DNA from: Nemertoderma westbladi
Lineage: Eukaryota > Animalia > Xenacoelomorpha
DNA length: 36,856 nt
Direction of reading: 5' to 3'
NCBI GenBank assembly: GCA_032718475.1
Contig: JAUCBJ010002193.1
Location: 1 to 36,856, forward strand
Both the position numbers and the translations under genes were made by a program. Under the pieces are notes generated by a model. It saw only the letters and a list, made by a program, of their open reading frames with translations, was not told where the DNA came from and did not search any database. This document shows, one piece after another, positions 22,301-34,429 of the stretch; the first letter of the stretch is position 1; every line of letters begins with the position of its first letter.

Positions 22301-23510
22301 CGCCTTCTCTACTCGGGAGAAGAAAGGTGCAGAACCAGGGCTAGAGGAAATGTCAAACTTCCTCAACTACGAAGCTGAGTTGATTACAGACCCAGTCTAT
22401 AGTGAGGATAGTTTGGGGAATGCGCCAAAGACCAAATACAACAGGCCTAAACCCGAACACAATCCTGCAGATCCATTCCCGAGAGTGAGACAGTCGCTAC
22501 CACACGCAGCCACACAGGGGGCTACAAGCCCACAGTTAGCTGGGAGTAGGGCCACACCGTGGCAGGGACAGAAAGAAAATAACACCACAAATAAACATAA
22601 TCCCAACATACCCAGTAGGCTGAATCCAGATAACCAAAACACTAAATCGGTGGATATAAACCTATGCGCGATACGTGAAGGACTATACAGGGAACGCTAT
22701 AATCCAGGATTCGAATGTCAATTACATCGGGACGGAACCCATAAGACCATTAGTTGCAAGCACTGGCAAGCATTGCCCAAACAAGATCGTATAGCCTACA
22801 CAGACGCAAACGGACTATTTCATCGATGTGTGGTAGAAGGACACAGATCCGGAGAGTGTAGAGAAACAGCAGACAACGAGACTGGAGGCCAAACAATAGC
22901 TACAAGCACGACAGTAGCAAGAAGGAAGAGGAAAGTACTACTCGGGGTAGTACCAGTGAAGATATCAGGAAAGGGCGGTCGATCAGTCACAACATTAATG
23001 CTGGTCGACAGCGGAGCAGCCTTCACGCTGGTGGAGAATTGGGTGGCCGAAGAGATAGGGCTAAAGACGAGGCTGAATAGGATGGCGGTAACTAGCGTCC
23101 CAAGTAAGGATGAGGTCCTAGAGATGAGAACGGGGTGGTGCAAGATAGCAGCGATAGCACCGGGATGCGATTATGGGGCGATGATCGACCCCATCCACGT
23201 GATAGAATCGATAAATATCAACGCCAGTCGACCAACCAACATTGAGGTCGAACAATATAGATTCCTGGACGGTATTGATTTCTCAATACCAAAGGTGGAC
23301 GTTAGGAAGGTGTCCATTATAGTAGGAATGGACTGCCCGACGGCCCACGAGAGAATGCAGACGGTCTTCGGCGAAGACAGACAGCGGGATCCGACGGCGA
23401 TCCTCACGCCGTTCGGATGGACGCTTAGCGGCCCAGTTAAAACCAAGATTCCATCCAGGGTGACGGAGACCTCAGGGTGCATGTTACCAGGCACCGTAAG
23501 CGCCACGTAG
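19359..23510 (+). pseudogene. BEL/Pao gag-protease; N-terminal half broken by stops and frameshifts, 21675-23510 open
   Basis: ATG at 19359; ER-rich coiled coil; LPPVEPFKFDGSRPEEY..CLKYLQVYTGGP..EYG; LP.WLRSKW; knuckles CQLH..HKTISC and HRCVVEGHRSGEC; protease MLVDSGA; IIVGMDCP..A.LTPFGWTLSGP then stop. No RT follows. Confidence 0.9.
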
Positions 23511-23559
23511 AAGTAGTAGTAGAGTGGTTGTGGGCACCGAAAGCGCCACGTAGTTAAAA

Positions 23560-23825
23560 GAGTGGGTAGAGTTAGAGAGTTTTAGTTAGAGAACTAGTTA
23601 GAGCTAGTAGAGTTGGAGTTAGTAGAGAGTTAGAGAGTTCTAGTTAGAGCTAGTAGAGTTAGAGTTAGTAGAGAGTTAGAGAGTTCTAGTTAGAGCTAGT
23701 AGAGTTGAAGTTAGTAGAGAGTTAGAGAGTTCTAGTTAGAGCTAGTAGAGTTAGAGTTAGTAGAGAGTTAGAAAGCTAATAGAGTTAGAATTAGAGTCAG
23801 TAGAGTTAGAGTTAGTAGACTACGT
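23560..23825 (+). repeat. Purine-rich AGAGTT/TAGAG-based tandem repeat (~44-bp higher-order unit) occupying the position of pol
   Basis: AGAGTTAGAGAGTTCTAGTTAGAGCTAGTAGAGTT repeated about 4-5 times. Confidence 0.85.
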
Positions 23826-24290
23826 AGTAAGTTAGATTTAGATAAGGTAGATAGTATGATAGCACAGGGGTAACACAAGAGTTTTAGCGCCTTTGAGGGC
23901 AGTATGAGAGGAGTATGGAGAGGAGCTGCTGGCGAGAGAGAGTGCGGACGAGTGCGATTCAGGTGTGGGGAGATAACAGAGTGGAGTTAGAGTGGAGTTA
24001 GAGCGGAGTTAGAGATAGAGTAGAGTGAGAAGCTAGAGTGGAGAGAGTGTTGAGGAAACAAAAATTGTGTGAGAGAAACCACAATTGGCTCGACACCGAG
24101 ATGCCAGATGTCTTGGTGCAACATAGGTGAAGTTGCACCAAGAGAGGGTAGAAATATCATACCCATAGGGAGCGGCCTGGAAAGCCGACTCCAAGAAAAT
24201 AACTCCACCCCACACCCGGTAGTAGACCGGGTTCCAGTGGAATTGAAGCGCACTCGAGGTTGATCTATCTTCTCACCGGGAAGATAGCAT

Positions 24291-24300
24291 GGGGGGGGAG
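24291..24300 (+). other. Polypurine tract
   Basis: GGGGGGGGAG immediately before the TG of the 3' LTR. Confidence 0.85.
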
Positions 24301-24865
24301 TGTTAGCGGATTCGATTCCGCTAACCACCCCATAAAGTTGGGAGATGGTGCGCCGGGCACGAGGTTGATTACCAATCAACCTCGTACCACCCCCAATAAA
24401 TGGGGGCAACAAACCACCAAAGGGCCGTATACAATGGAGGTCAGAGGTTAAGCCTCCAGGGAGAAGGAAAGTAACAGCAGCGGGGGGGAAACACTCCCAC
24501 AGAGGTGAAGGTGAGAAGTAGGTTATCAACCAATGTGGGGGCAGGAAAGGCATCAGCTAAGTAATAAGGCCAACATAGTGTATATTACCGGTTGGTGTTT
24601 TCATTTATTCAGTTAGTTTACTCAGTTGTTAGTCAGCTAGTTAGGGCAGTACGGTAACACTTTACTACCGTCACCGCCGCCATCAACCATATCATAATAT
24701 TCTGTTATCTCAACTGTGCTGTCTGTTATCTCAACGTATACTATATTTCATATATCTACCCATCATATATTACCGAACAGCAACAAACTCTTTTCCTATT
24801 TTCACTCACGGCGGGGACGCGTACATAAACCACATACCGGTCGGGATCCTCTGATCCCATTCACA
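24301..24865 (+). repeat. 3' LTR
   Basis: TGTTAGCGGA...TTCACA followed by TSD GAAAC. Confidence 0.95.
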
Positions 24866-25220
24866 GAAACCGAACTGCTACGAGAACCATACAGCAGTAT
24901 TTCTGTAGTTGTCAGTTGGGATACCACCTACCAGTATATGTGAACAGTTTAACGTTTAACGACTGAACGACTGCACAGCAGTACAATACAGCAGTAACTG
25001 CGGTCCCTAATACACAGCAGTAGTGCTGCGGGTGCCTGCAAATTTAAATATGAAAGAATTTCTACAAATTTAAAAATTGTTAATGCAAAAATTAATAATT
25101 TTCACCCCCCTTTCTATTTTCTATTCAGATTGGGTTCAGATTTGGTATAATTCTCGAGATTCGGTCCAGATTGGGTTCAGATAGGTTCAGATATGACTTT
25201 TTATTATTATTATTATTATT

Positions 25221-26529
25221 ACGCAATAATTTTATTGTCCGTTTAAATCCTTTTTTTGTCCTTTTTTTTTTATTTTTTATGTCCTCCAAAAATCTAATGT
25301 TAGGTTCCATGCTACCGGTTTCTCTACTGCTGTTCTCTCAGGCTATCAGTACCGGTATTAGTATATATAGCACTATTTTGCTGCATTGTATGTACAGATG
25401 TGTGTATAAAGCAGGCATTTCTGTATTTTAGTACCGGTACCGGCAGCGGTACTGCTGTAGGCCTACTGTGTAGCCTACCATTTAAATACGGTACTGGTAG
25501 GCCAGGCCTACCGGCTGACCGGTTGTTTTGGTTAGAAATTCTGCCTCATCTGTAACCTGCTCCTTTGCCTGATTTGTTAAAGTGACCGTTTATTGTTTTG
25601 GTTAGAAAGGCCCGCCTCTGTAACCTGCTCCTTTCCTTCATTTTGCAAAGTGACTGTTTATTGTTTTGGTTAGAAAATCCCGCCTCTGTAACCTGCCCCT
25701 TTCCCTCAATTAATTAAGTGATCGTTTATTGTTTTGGTTAGGAAATCCCGCCTATGTAACCTGCTCCTTTCTCTCAATTGGTAATGTTATCGTTTATTGT
25801 TTTTGGTTAGAAAATCCCGTCTCTGTAACCTGCTCCTTTCCCTGATTTGGTAAAGTGACTGTTTATTGTTTTGGTTAGAAAATCACGCATCTGTAACCTG
25901 CTCCTTTCTCTCAATTGGTAATGTTATCGTTTATTGTTTTGGTTAGAAAATCCCGTCTCTGTAACCTGCTCCTTTCCCTCAATTAGTTAAATGGTCGTTT
26001 ATTGTTTTGGTTAGAAAATCCCGCCTCTGTAACCTGCTCCTTTCCCTGATTTGGTAAAGTGACTGTTTATTGTTTTGGTTAGAAAATCCGGCCTTAACCT
26101 GCTCCTTTCCATCAATTGGTAATTGTTTTTGGCTATAAAATGAGTGTTTGGCTACGTCATGTGGTAATCGATTATCGACAACAACCACAAACTATTAAAT
26201 TTAGAGTCTTTTACCACAAGCGCATATGGAATTCTGTCTCATAGTCTATAAATCATGGAATCATGGAATGTTTTGGCACAGGCATAGTGAAACAAACTGT
26301 CCGACAGACCAGAAATCAACAAATTTTGAATGTTTTGGCATAGGCATGTTGAAATCAACTGTCGGACAGTCCAGAAATCAGCAGTCTGACAGTTTGAAGA
26401 AATACATACATAAAAAGTCATTAAAAGGACAATAAAAGTCATTAAAAGGACAACAAAAGTCATTATGCACAATTCGTAAAAAAGGAGGACAAAAAAAGTC
26501 AAATAAAAGGACATAAAAAATCACTGCCT
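25221..26529. mobile_element. Non-autonomous DNA transposon with imperfect ~20-bp TIRs and inverted subterminal TTTTGTCC/GGACAAAA repeats, inserted in a (TTA)n tract
   Basis: Left end ACGCAATAATTTTATTGTCC versus reverse complement of the right end AGGCAGTGATTTTTTATGTCC. TTTTATTGTCC/GGACAATAAAA and TTTTTATGTCCT/AGGACATAAAAA pairs. TATT on both flanks. Confidence 0.6.
25522..26125. repeat. Tandem minisatellite, ~65-70-bp unit (GTTTATTGTTTTGGTTAGAAAATCCCGCCTCTGTAACCTGCTCCTTTCCCT...), about 9 copies
   Basis: Directly visible. Confidence 0.93.
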
Positions 26530-26689
26530 TATTATTATATTATTCAGATGTAGGAGACATCTCGGGCACAAAGCAATTAAAACACAATGACATTAAATAT
26601 CTATTTAAAATACACGACACAGATTTCTGATTGACTTACATGTGACCGTTCGAGTGAATAGTAAAAATTTAATTAAAAAACAAAATAAA

Positions 26690-29520
26690 ATTAAATACAA
26701 AATTAAATGTACAAATTACAATTACATACGGTTAAATTTAATATATGAGCTAAAATCAACAGATCTATCTTAAATTGTTGCAGCGTAGGAGCGTTAACAA
26801 TGTTTGCTTCTAAAGTATTAACAGTACACGGTTATTAAATACATTTTGCACATTTACAGTTCTAGAATTAAATTGGTATAATTTGTACGAATGACCACGA
26901 GTTGTCGTTGGGGCTCGATGAAATATATGAATAATTTTGTATACCAACGTAAGGTCAATGTGTATTCTGAGCAATTCTAAGGATTGGAGGTTTAAAATTT
27001 CTAGACGCTTTAAATATTCTGCATTGGAATCCAAATTGCACCTTTTAAAAATCCTACGTGGGAAATAACGTTGGACGGACTCCAATTTGTCTGTGAGTCC
27101 TATGAATGGTTTATTGTTAATGAACGGATTCCACACACTACTACCGTATTCAATAATTGGTCTAGCATAGGTCTTGTAGGCTTGTAAAATAGCATTAGAA
27201 TTGGCTGTAGCAATATATCGGAACAAACAGTTTATTACTTTATAGCACTTAGTAGTAACATTTTCAATATGCTGTTTAAAATGTAAGTTATTATCAACTT
27301 CTACACTGAGATCACGGCAGCTAAGTACATTGCACAATACACGATTATCAATTTTGTAACTACAATTGTTATTATTATTTCCTATTATAAGCACATTGCA
27401 CTTGTGAATGGCAATATTGAGCTGCCATTTCTTTGACCAGCTACAAAATTCATCTAAATAGGCTTGTAATTGCAACTGTTTGTAAGGATTGTCAATAGTT
27501 GAAAATAATTTAGTATCATCGGCATATAATCTCACGTTAGTATCTGTAGAAATAATATCAGGCAAGTCGTTCATACAGCTATCATCAATACCTATTGATG
27601 AAAACTGATTGATAAGGAATTCACATTTATCAGCAGCTGTGAAAGCAGTTTTACCATTGTGCTTGAGCAGTGATATGGAATTAAAAGTAGCATGCTGCTT
27701 CTTATTTAAAAATTTGTAAAAGGCATTTGTATCACCACAAGTTAATATATTGAACTCTTGCTTAAGAAGAAAACTACGTAAAACCTCCAAGCAACGGACA
27801 TTATGTTCACAATAAATTGTTTCACCATTAGTGCGGGAGTGCCGTACCTTCCAAAGTCTGCGTTTTCTTGCTAGTAAACGCCGAATATGAAGAGGATGTC
27901 TACGTTTGTTGCTCGTTGGTTTATACTTAGGTACATATAGGTTAAAAGCGCTAAAAATAAATTTATTAAAAGCATTTAACGATGATTCAACATTAATTGC
28001 ATTAAAAACCGAGTTCCAGTTCACAGAATTTAAGTGGGCCCGTATACTAGGTAAGTCCATTTTCCTGAAACAAAACGTTGTGGATTCAGGTACTCCGTTA
28101 AACTCATTTGGGCTCAAATTAATGTTGAAACTAAACGAAGAATGATCGCTTATACCAAAATGTGGTAGACTACTGACACACGAGATAAAAACTTCCTCAG
28201 TAGAAAGTATAAGGTCCAAAATATCGTTACGTCTGGTAGGAAAATTTACTAGTTGGTTAAGACTACATCTGTTGATTAAGTTATTAAAATAAACATATAC
28301 TTTCTGTTGAGTAAAATTATCAGTTAACCAGTTATACTCGCTGAAATTGAAATCACCAACAATAGTAGTAGGGTATTGCTTATTGCACTGAGCAAAGCTC
28401 TTCTAATAGTTCACACAATAAATCATTATACTCATACACCGAGAGGCAATTTTTTATGTAGCATGAATCAGGCGGGTGATAAATACAAACAAAGCGAGAT
28501 TTAGATTTAGTGTTCAAATCGATTGTGATGCATTCAATGTTTTCAAATTTAGGTGGAATATATACCTTGGATGAGTTTAAGGAGAGATCACACACAATGG
28601 CAGCGCCACCACCCTGTCTTTCGGCTCTATCTTTATGGAACAATTCAAATCTAGACTTGTAATCCCCAAGTATAGTAGCATCCTGAACCCATGGCTTCCA
28701 CCACGTTTCTATAAAAACGAGTTATTTGAACTCGCCTTGAAGAAGAGCCTCAAATTATGCTTGTTTGGAAACGTCATTTATCGCTTGTGTGTTGCAATAG
28801 TAGCAAGGAATGGAGACAGAATCTGGATGTAGTTCCGGAGGTGCATGAGTGTCTCCACAGTTTAGTTTACTGAGGGTGTCGGGCAAAGCGAGGTTGGTGG
28901 TGAATTGCCAAGAGTAGTGGCCACAGCAGAGTGCTGCTGAGGACGGCCGCTAGACAACTGTGTCGGTGGTACTTCAGTGGGGTTTGGTGACTGTTTACTG
29001 GAAAAGCGAGGTCCCTGTAGACCTTTCCGACGGTGAGAAACCATAAGGCGCTCCGCAGCCGCGAAATCAGAGTCTGAGAGGTGAACTTTGGTTCGTCAGT
29101 CTATCTTTCCATTCTGTAGACAATTGCAAATTTTGTAACAGTTATTGGGGAAATCATATACTACCGAGAGTGTATAATTCTCGTATACATTTATATAACT
29201 CACCCGTTGCTAGTTTACGACGGTTAGATAGGACATTGTCCCTATCCTCAGTGCTGTCAAAGACTACCTTAAGAAGCGTTTTGTGATCCTTAGAGCCTGC
29301 ACCGTTGGTTAATCTCTGCGCAGAGACAACGTGTGCTGAGCTGCAGTCCATATGTAACAACATTTCCTGAACAAACTATGTCCGTAACTCCTATGGAAGG
29401 TGGAGGGGCGTTTTCAACAAACAACAGTTTTGCTGTTCGTTGTGAGTTAATGGTTGATTTTATTGCCTTGTTTACACAAGACTGGATGGTATCCTCCAAG
29501 CTCAGAGAGGAACATTAGGG
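26690..29520 (-). mobile_element. CR1-type LINE, degenerate: ORF1 remnant, AP endonuclease, internally deleted RT
   Basis: ORF1-like LKVVFDSTEDRDNVLSNRRKL. APE motifs KDRAERQGGGAAI, CIYHPP, GDFNF, PTRRNDILDLI, ISDH. RT NDLP..LYADDTKLF, W..KWQL, YARPIIEYGSSVWNP, LESVQR, TRGHSYKL. Ends approximate. Confidence 0.87.
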
Positions 29521-31773
29521 GTATTTCTAAGAGTAATTTACCCAACTATTCTCCGCTATGCAGCGTACAAGTTCTTAATTTTATTCTAACATTCTAAATA
29601 AACTACAGTGTCATAAAATAAAAAATCGCGTACTAATTACTATGTATTCCAGAATACGTATTACTATTATTACGTTACTGAGTTATACTAGCAACAGCCT
29701 AGATACTGTATTATTTTGACCTAACAGCAATTTATAAGCATAAACTAAGAAATAGAAAACAATCAAGAGAAAGTAGCGGCTATCTAAACATTACATTCAA
29801 ACATCAGGCACTCTTCAGCAACACAACATAAAATAGCGTTAGCAACACACTAATATATGGCAATAGTAACACTAATGGTAGTCGAGTAATAGAGCTAGTG
29901 TAATAGCTCTAGTGTAAAAGAGCACTGCCACCCAAGCTACATGCGGTCCTCCTAAATAAACCCGCTATTACTACCCTAGTACTGCAAAGTTGAGACGAAG
30001 CCTGGATCGTCAGCCCCCAAATACTGTAGTGACGACTGGTCCCCGGCCCTAATTGATTAGCCCGACCACAACTACTGGCCCCCCGCCAGCGTTGCCCCAC
30101 ATTGGATCCTCCACTCCTCCTTCCGTCACTTCTACAGTGCGCCCGCTACGCCTACTGGTACCCTTAGCCCGTCATGCTAAAGCGAATAGTTACCGTATCG
30201 GCGCATGCATTTACAAACACTCTGACAGTTGAAAGGAAAATCCTTGTAAGGATTTGCTACATCGCAATCGCAAAGATTAAAGAAATCAAGAGTCAACGCA
30301 AGAAGATCATTAGTCAAGGTTGAAATCATATAGGCATAACAGCAGAAATCAGTATTTATAATTTTACAGAATTAGCAGAATTAAAAAGCAAGAAGATCAA
30401 AACATTAAATCAACTAACATGTGCACAGTACCACCGTACTGGTGTACTGATACACTGATGTACACTGACAAAATATAGGTATGACGCAATGGTTATATCA
30501 TTGGTCCAACAAATCCTATTACCATTTGACCAACCTAAAATAGCTAAACCAATGGGAGAGCCGGATTGTAACCCTATGCTTCCCCATTTCTCAAATCATT
30601 ACCATATATGGTAATAAATCTGTCTTGGTGGGCTTATAGGTTTATGGCCGTAGCATTAATTTCGCGATTATTAAAGCACAATTAGCATTAATTTAGAACA
30701 ACATTAATTTGTAGGGAAATATAAAGGAGATTAGTACAAATACACATGAGGTTTAGTCAATGTCAAATCAGAAATCAGAAATTAGTAATTCTGATCTAGA
30801 AATTAGATCAGAAATTAGTCAACGGCAAATTCGTATTAAATTTTTACAAAAGTTAGCCACCGTAAATTTATGTGCTAAGGTTTTATTATAAAATTACCTA
30901 CGTAAGGCTACATACTGTACAAATCGGATGAATAATATAAACTCGTGTATTTCATTTTCCTTACCTAATGAATGCTGTATATCAATATAACTTATCTAAT
31001 CACTTTATACTGTATGATGGGCTGTTCTAGTACACAGCGCCATATATCGTAACAACTCCCATTTGCAATTAAATATAGTAATACATCATTAGATCTTTTT
31101 GTTATTATGTTCTGCTTCGTTAGTTAATTGTATTTGTATTATATTTTATTTACTGGCAAAAATAAACTAACATGTGCTATTGACTTTCGAGTATATATGT
31201 GTTAGAATTAAATGCATGCCACTGTAACATGCTCTTTTGGTCGAAAATCTCAGGACCTAATGCTGCAGGACCCAGACAAAGTAGTAAGTAGGTTTACCTT
31301 GCCTTTCGATTATTTTTAATTAATGATTTTGGCATTACATTATTAATTATAATCTCATTATTAGTGAAATTATTATATAATTATATTATTCATTATTTTT
31401 AGTAAATCGAAAAATAGGTGGCTTTATATATATATATATATAATACTACTGTGCTAAATCAAATTCTATTTTAATATTTTACTTACTTTTTATTTATTTT
31501 AATTATTTATTATATAATTTTAGATGATTTATTTTAGTTTTACTTAATTATCATAAAAAAACCATCACCAACTGACAGTAATTATAAGATAAAAACCCAA
31601 ATTTACTTAATTATAGTTGTTTACTTCATAAGCGGATTTCTACCTTATCACATCACATCAAACTTACAATCAATTATTGTCTTATGAACCATACTATATA
31701 TATACTATATATAAACTTAATATAATATATAATACTTACATTAATATAAAAATAATCAACTATATTTATTTAG

Positions 31774-31947
31774 CGCTCGACCAATAACACGTGCTGAAAA
31801 TGAGGACACCATCGCATTATTTAGAGACGGGAGTTACGCAGGTCCCATGTTGGTTCTCAACAAAGCGGAAATAGACCTTCCAGCTGTCATTGATAATCTA
31901 GTTTCATCTGCTATAGTTTCTGGTAATAGCGACTGGATACTTTTTGC
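31774..31947 (+). CDS. Penultimate coding exon of the beta/gamma-crystallin-domain gene (ARPITRAENEDTIALFRDGSYAGPMLVLNKAEIDLPAVIDNLVSSAIVSGNSDWILF)
   Basis: TTTATTTAG acceptor, GTAAGT donor, 174 bp, phase 2/2; LF-x-D-x-x-Y-x-G..DNLVSSAIV..W Greek-key pattern. Confidence 0.85.
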
Positions 31948-32116
31948 GTAAGTATAGTTGATAGTTGATAAAGGCCCTGACATTTCCGAACTCCACAGTG
32001 GAGGCTATTTCATTCAGTATTTGCAGTACTATTACTGGTATCATATTTTTTCAACACTCATAAATATAATATTAATTACACTTTTTTTACGAATTTTGGT
32101 AATGTTATCATTTCAG

Positions 32117-32225
32117 GGATGCTGATCATGTAGGAGCCAAGAAAACGCTCTCACCTGGCCAATATCCAAATGATGCTTCACTCCAGGGCCTTCAAAACAT
32201 TGCAACCTCTGTAAAAATTGGCTGA
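32117..32225 (+). CDS. Terminal coding exon of the beta/gamma-crystallin-domain gene (DADHVGAKKTLSPGQYPNDASLQGLQNIATSVKIG*)
   Basis: TTTCAG acceptor, in frame with the previous exon, L-x-PG-x-Y-P motif, TGA stop; AATAAA near 32524. Confidence 0.85.
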
Positions 32226-34429
32226 TTCTGATCTGAATGAATTCTTCATTTACATATCAAAATAATATGAGAAGACAAACAATTATTTATGATTGTTGGT
32301 GTTGGTGTAATTTTTTCTTTTCTTGATTGTTGTCAAAATAATCAGCCAATTACATTTCCGCTATAATTAGTTATGGACATCACAAAGTTTATCCAAAATG
32401 CTGAAATAATTTGACTACATCTACTGATGAAATTTCATTTTCTGATTAAGATGTCATTAGTTGTTTGATTCTTGGTTTTACTCCCAAAATATATTTAAAT
32501 CATTCGCGCAATCGCTGTCATATAATAAAATACCTAAGTCAGGTAATTTAGATTTACAGTTTGGTATAGGCCTGGTTTTAGTAATACTCAAATAACCCAA
32601 CCATTAGTCTTAATTAACCTAACCTTGTAAAATTATTGTCAAATATTTTTGGCATTATATCTGAACATCTTCATTATTGTTCTGAACAAGATTGTTCGTT
32701 GACTAACATAATCTCGCAGTATTTAAGGCATTTTGACGTATTTGTATGTGTTGACGTTGTTGTTAGTATTCATCCATTTCTCGAATGGTTGCAGTTGTAT
32801 TTATTTATTGTTACAAACGAAGTCGTTGTATATATTAGAAGTTACTGTCAAGATTGGTAACCTTATCATAATATATATAGTACATGGATCCAATCAGATG
32901 CTAAGAAAATAATACTGTACAGTAAAGTTTACAATATTACTATAATATATTAATATATTATTAATATAATGATTGTACGAATCCAAACAGATATGTTTCT
33001 AATTATTTTATGTTTGTGTATGTTAACTTTGCTTGTTGTTATATTTGTCATATTATGAGCCTCTTAACGAAATATATTAAACCTATAGCATTCAAAAAAA
33101 AAAAAAGCTTTTGTCTTCAGCTGCTCTGATCGGTAAATAATTTAGTCAAAACTCTCTTGGGCTTGCCATAAAAAACATATGTTCGCATTTTGAAGCGCGG
33201 TTAAGGACCTGTTTAGGATACAAAACGTACGTACAGGGTTAGGAGTTTCTGTAATTACTGTTTGGCGTATAATCAATGACAAGTAATGACAACTGACGGA
33301 AATATATATAACACAATGCAATGGTAGTTACTATAGCAATAAGCAATAAGCAGTTCCTTGAAATCTGGGTATAGGATATTGGGTGAATTTATGTCTTATC
33401 ACTCAAAAGTCCGTGTGTCATTTTTGGGCTACCAAAAAGAAAGCATTTATTTATCCTAGCTAAAAGTTTTGTTATGGTGGTTTTTCTGGTCGCTGATTTA
33501 ATTCCAATCGTCAGTTTTTACTTTTAATATTTATATTAATTAAATTACCCTAGCCATAAACTTTAGATGCATTTTGTGGGAAAGGCAATTTATAAATATC
33601 AAATTGCCAAGGCTTTTTACAGAACCAATATTAATCGCTGATTTTTGGTATACAATGTTGATGTTAGATATTGACACTATTGTATAGATTGTGAGTTTAT
33701 CCATAAATTGCCGACCCTTCTAAATATTTGTATATTTTTCTTTATTTTGTGTTTTTCGTTTTTTTTTTTTCAATTTTTTTTATTTAACTGTAAAATGAAA
33801 ACGGAAGATAATATCAAAATGCTGTCTAGAGCATTCATTGTGTACATTAATTTGGACATGTGTATATAATTTCATTAAAATTAATGAATGCCCCCCCCCC
33901 CCCCTCCCCCACCCTTTAACGCGTAAGCGTTTTCATTATGTTTTGGGCGCGTTTGTTTTGGGGAGTGTGTGTGAGGGGGGGGGGGGGGGGGGGGTGGGTG
34001 ATTGTGTTTGTATACATGTAAAATAATTATTAAGATGTGGAAACTGCGGATCCCATCTCGGCGAATAAATATTTCGTATCACTGTTAAATTACCAATCTG
34101 TTTAGGTAAAGGAGCTGGTTACAGTTACTTGTTACTGACTGGATTATTATTTCATTTTAAAATATACAGTACTTTCATATATTACAGACATATAATATTC
34201 GTAAAAAATTTAAAAAACAGATACCATTTGGGAATAAGATCGCCAATCCTCCAGGCACCTTCTTTCGAGCCACAGTGGAAGTGGAAAGGGTACGGTATAC
34301 GACGCGACGCGGGGTGAGAACTTGACAATTACGAAATCAAATGAACATAACAACGAATTAATGGTTGTTATACAAGACTACCAAGGGCAGCCCTAAACAT
34401 CAGCTGGAGACAACACATGAAAAACACCG

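Larger units (their letters stand above)
18724..24865 (+). mobile_element. Full-length non-autonomous BEL/Pao LTR retrotransposon (6.1 kb, Gag-protease only) with 5-bp TSD GAAAC (18719-18723 / 24866-24870)
   Basis: Paired TG...CA LTRs, PPT, TSD, BEL-type Gag and protease. Confidence 0.95.
18245..25199. mobile_element. ~810-bp foldback/MITE element with ~365-bp inverted arms (18245-18611 versus 18695-18723 plus 24871-25199), split by the LTR element
   Basis: AAGTCATATCTG... and ...CAGATATGACTT are reverse complements, and homology continues inward through to GGTCTAACGTTGGGTAGGTTACTA / TAGTAACCTATCCAACATTAGACC. Confidence 0.88.

Noticed and set aside
21554-23506. Antisense ORFs over gag, and the many 60-140-aa ORFs elsewhere in the track
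   Set aside because: Shadow ORFs of TE coding sequence or chance ORFs without recognisable motifs.
25522-26125. CRISPR-like repeat-spacer appearance
   Set aside because: The variable segments are homologous to one another, there are no cas genes, and the context is eukaryotic.
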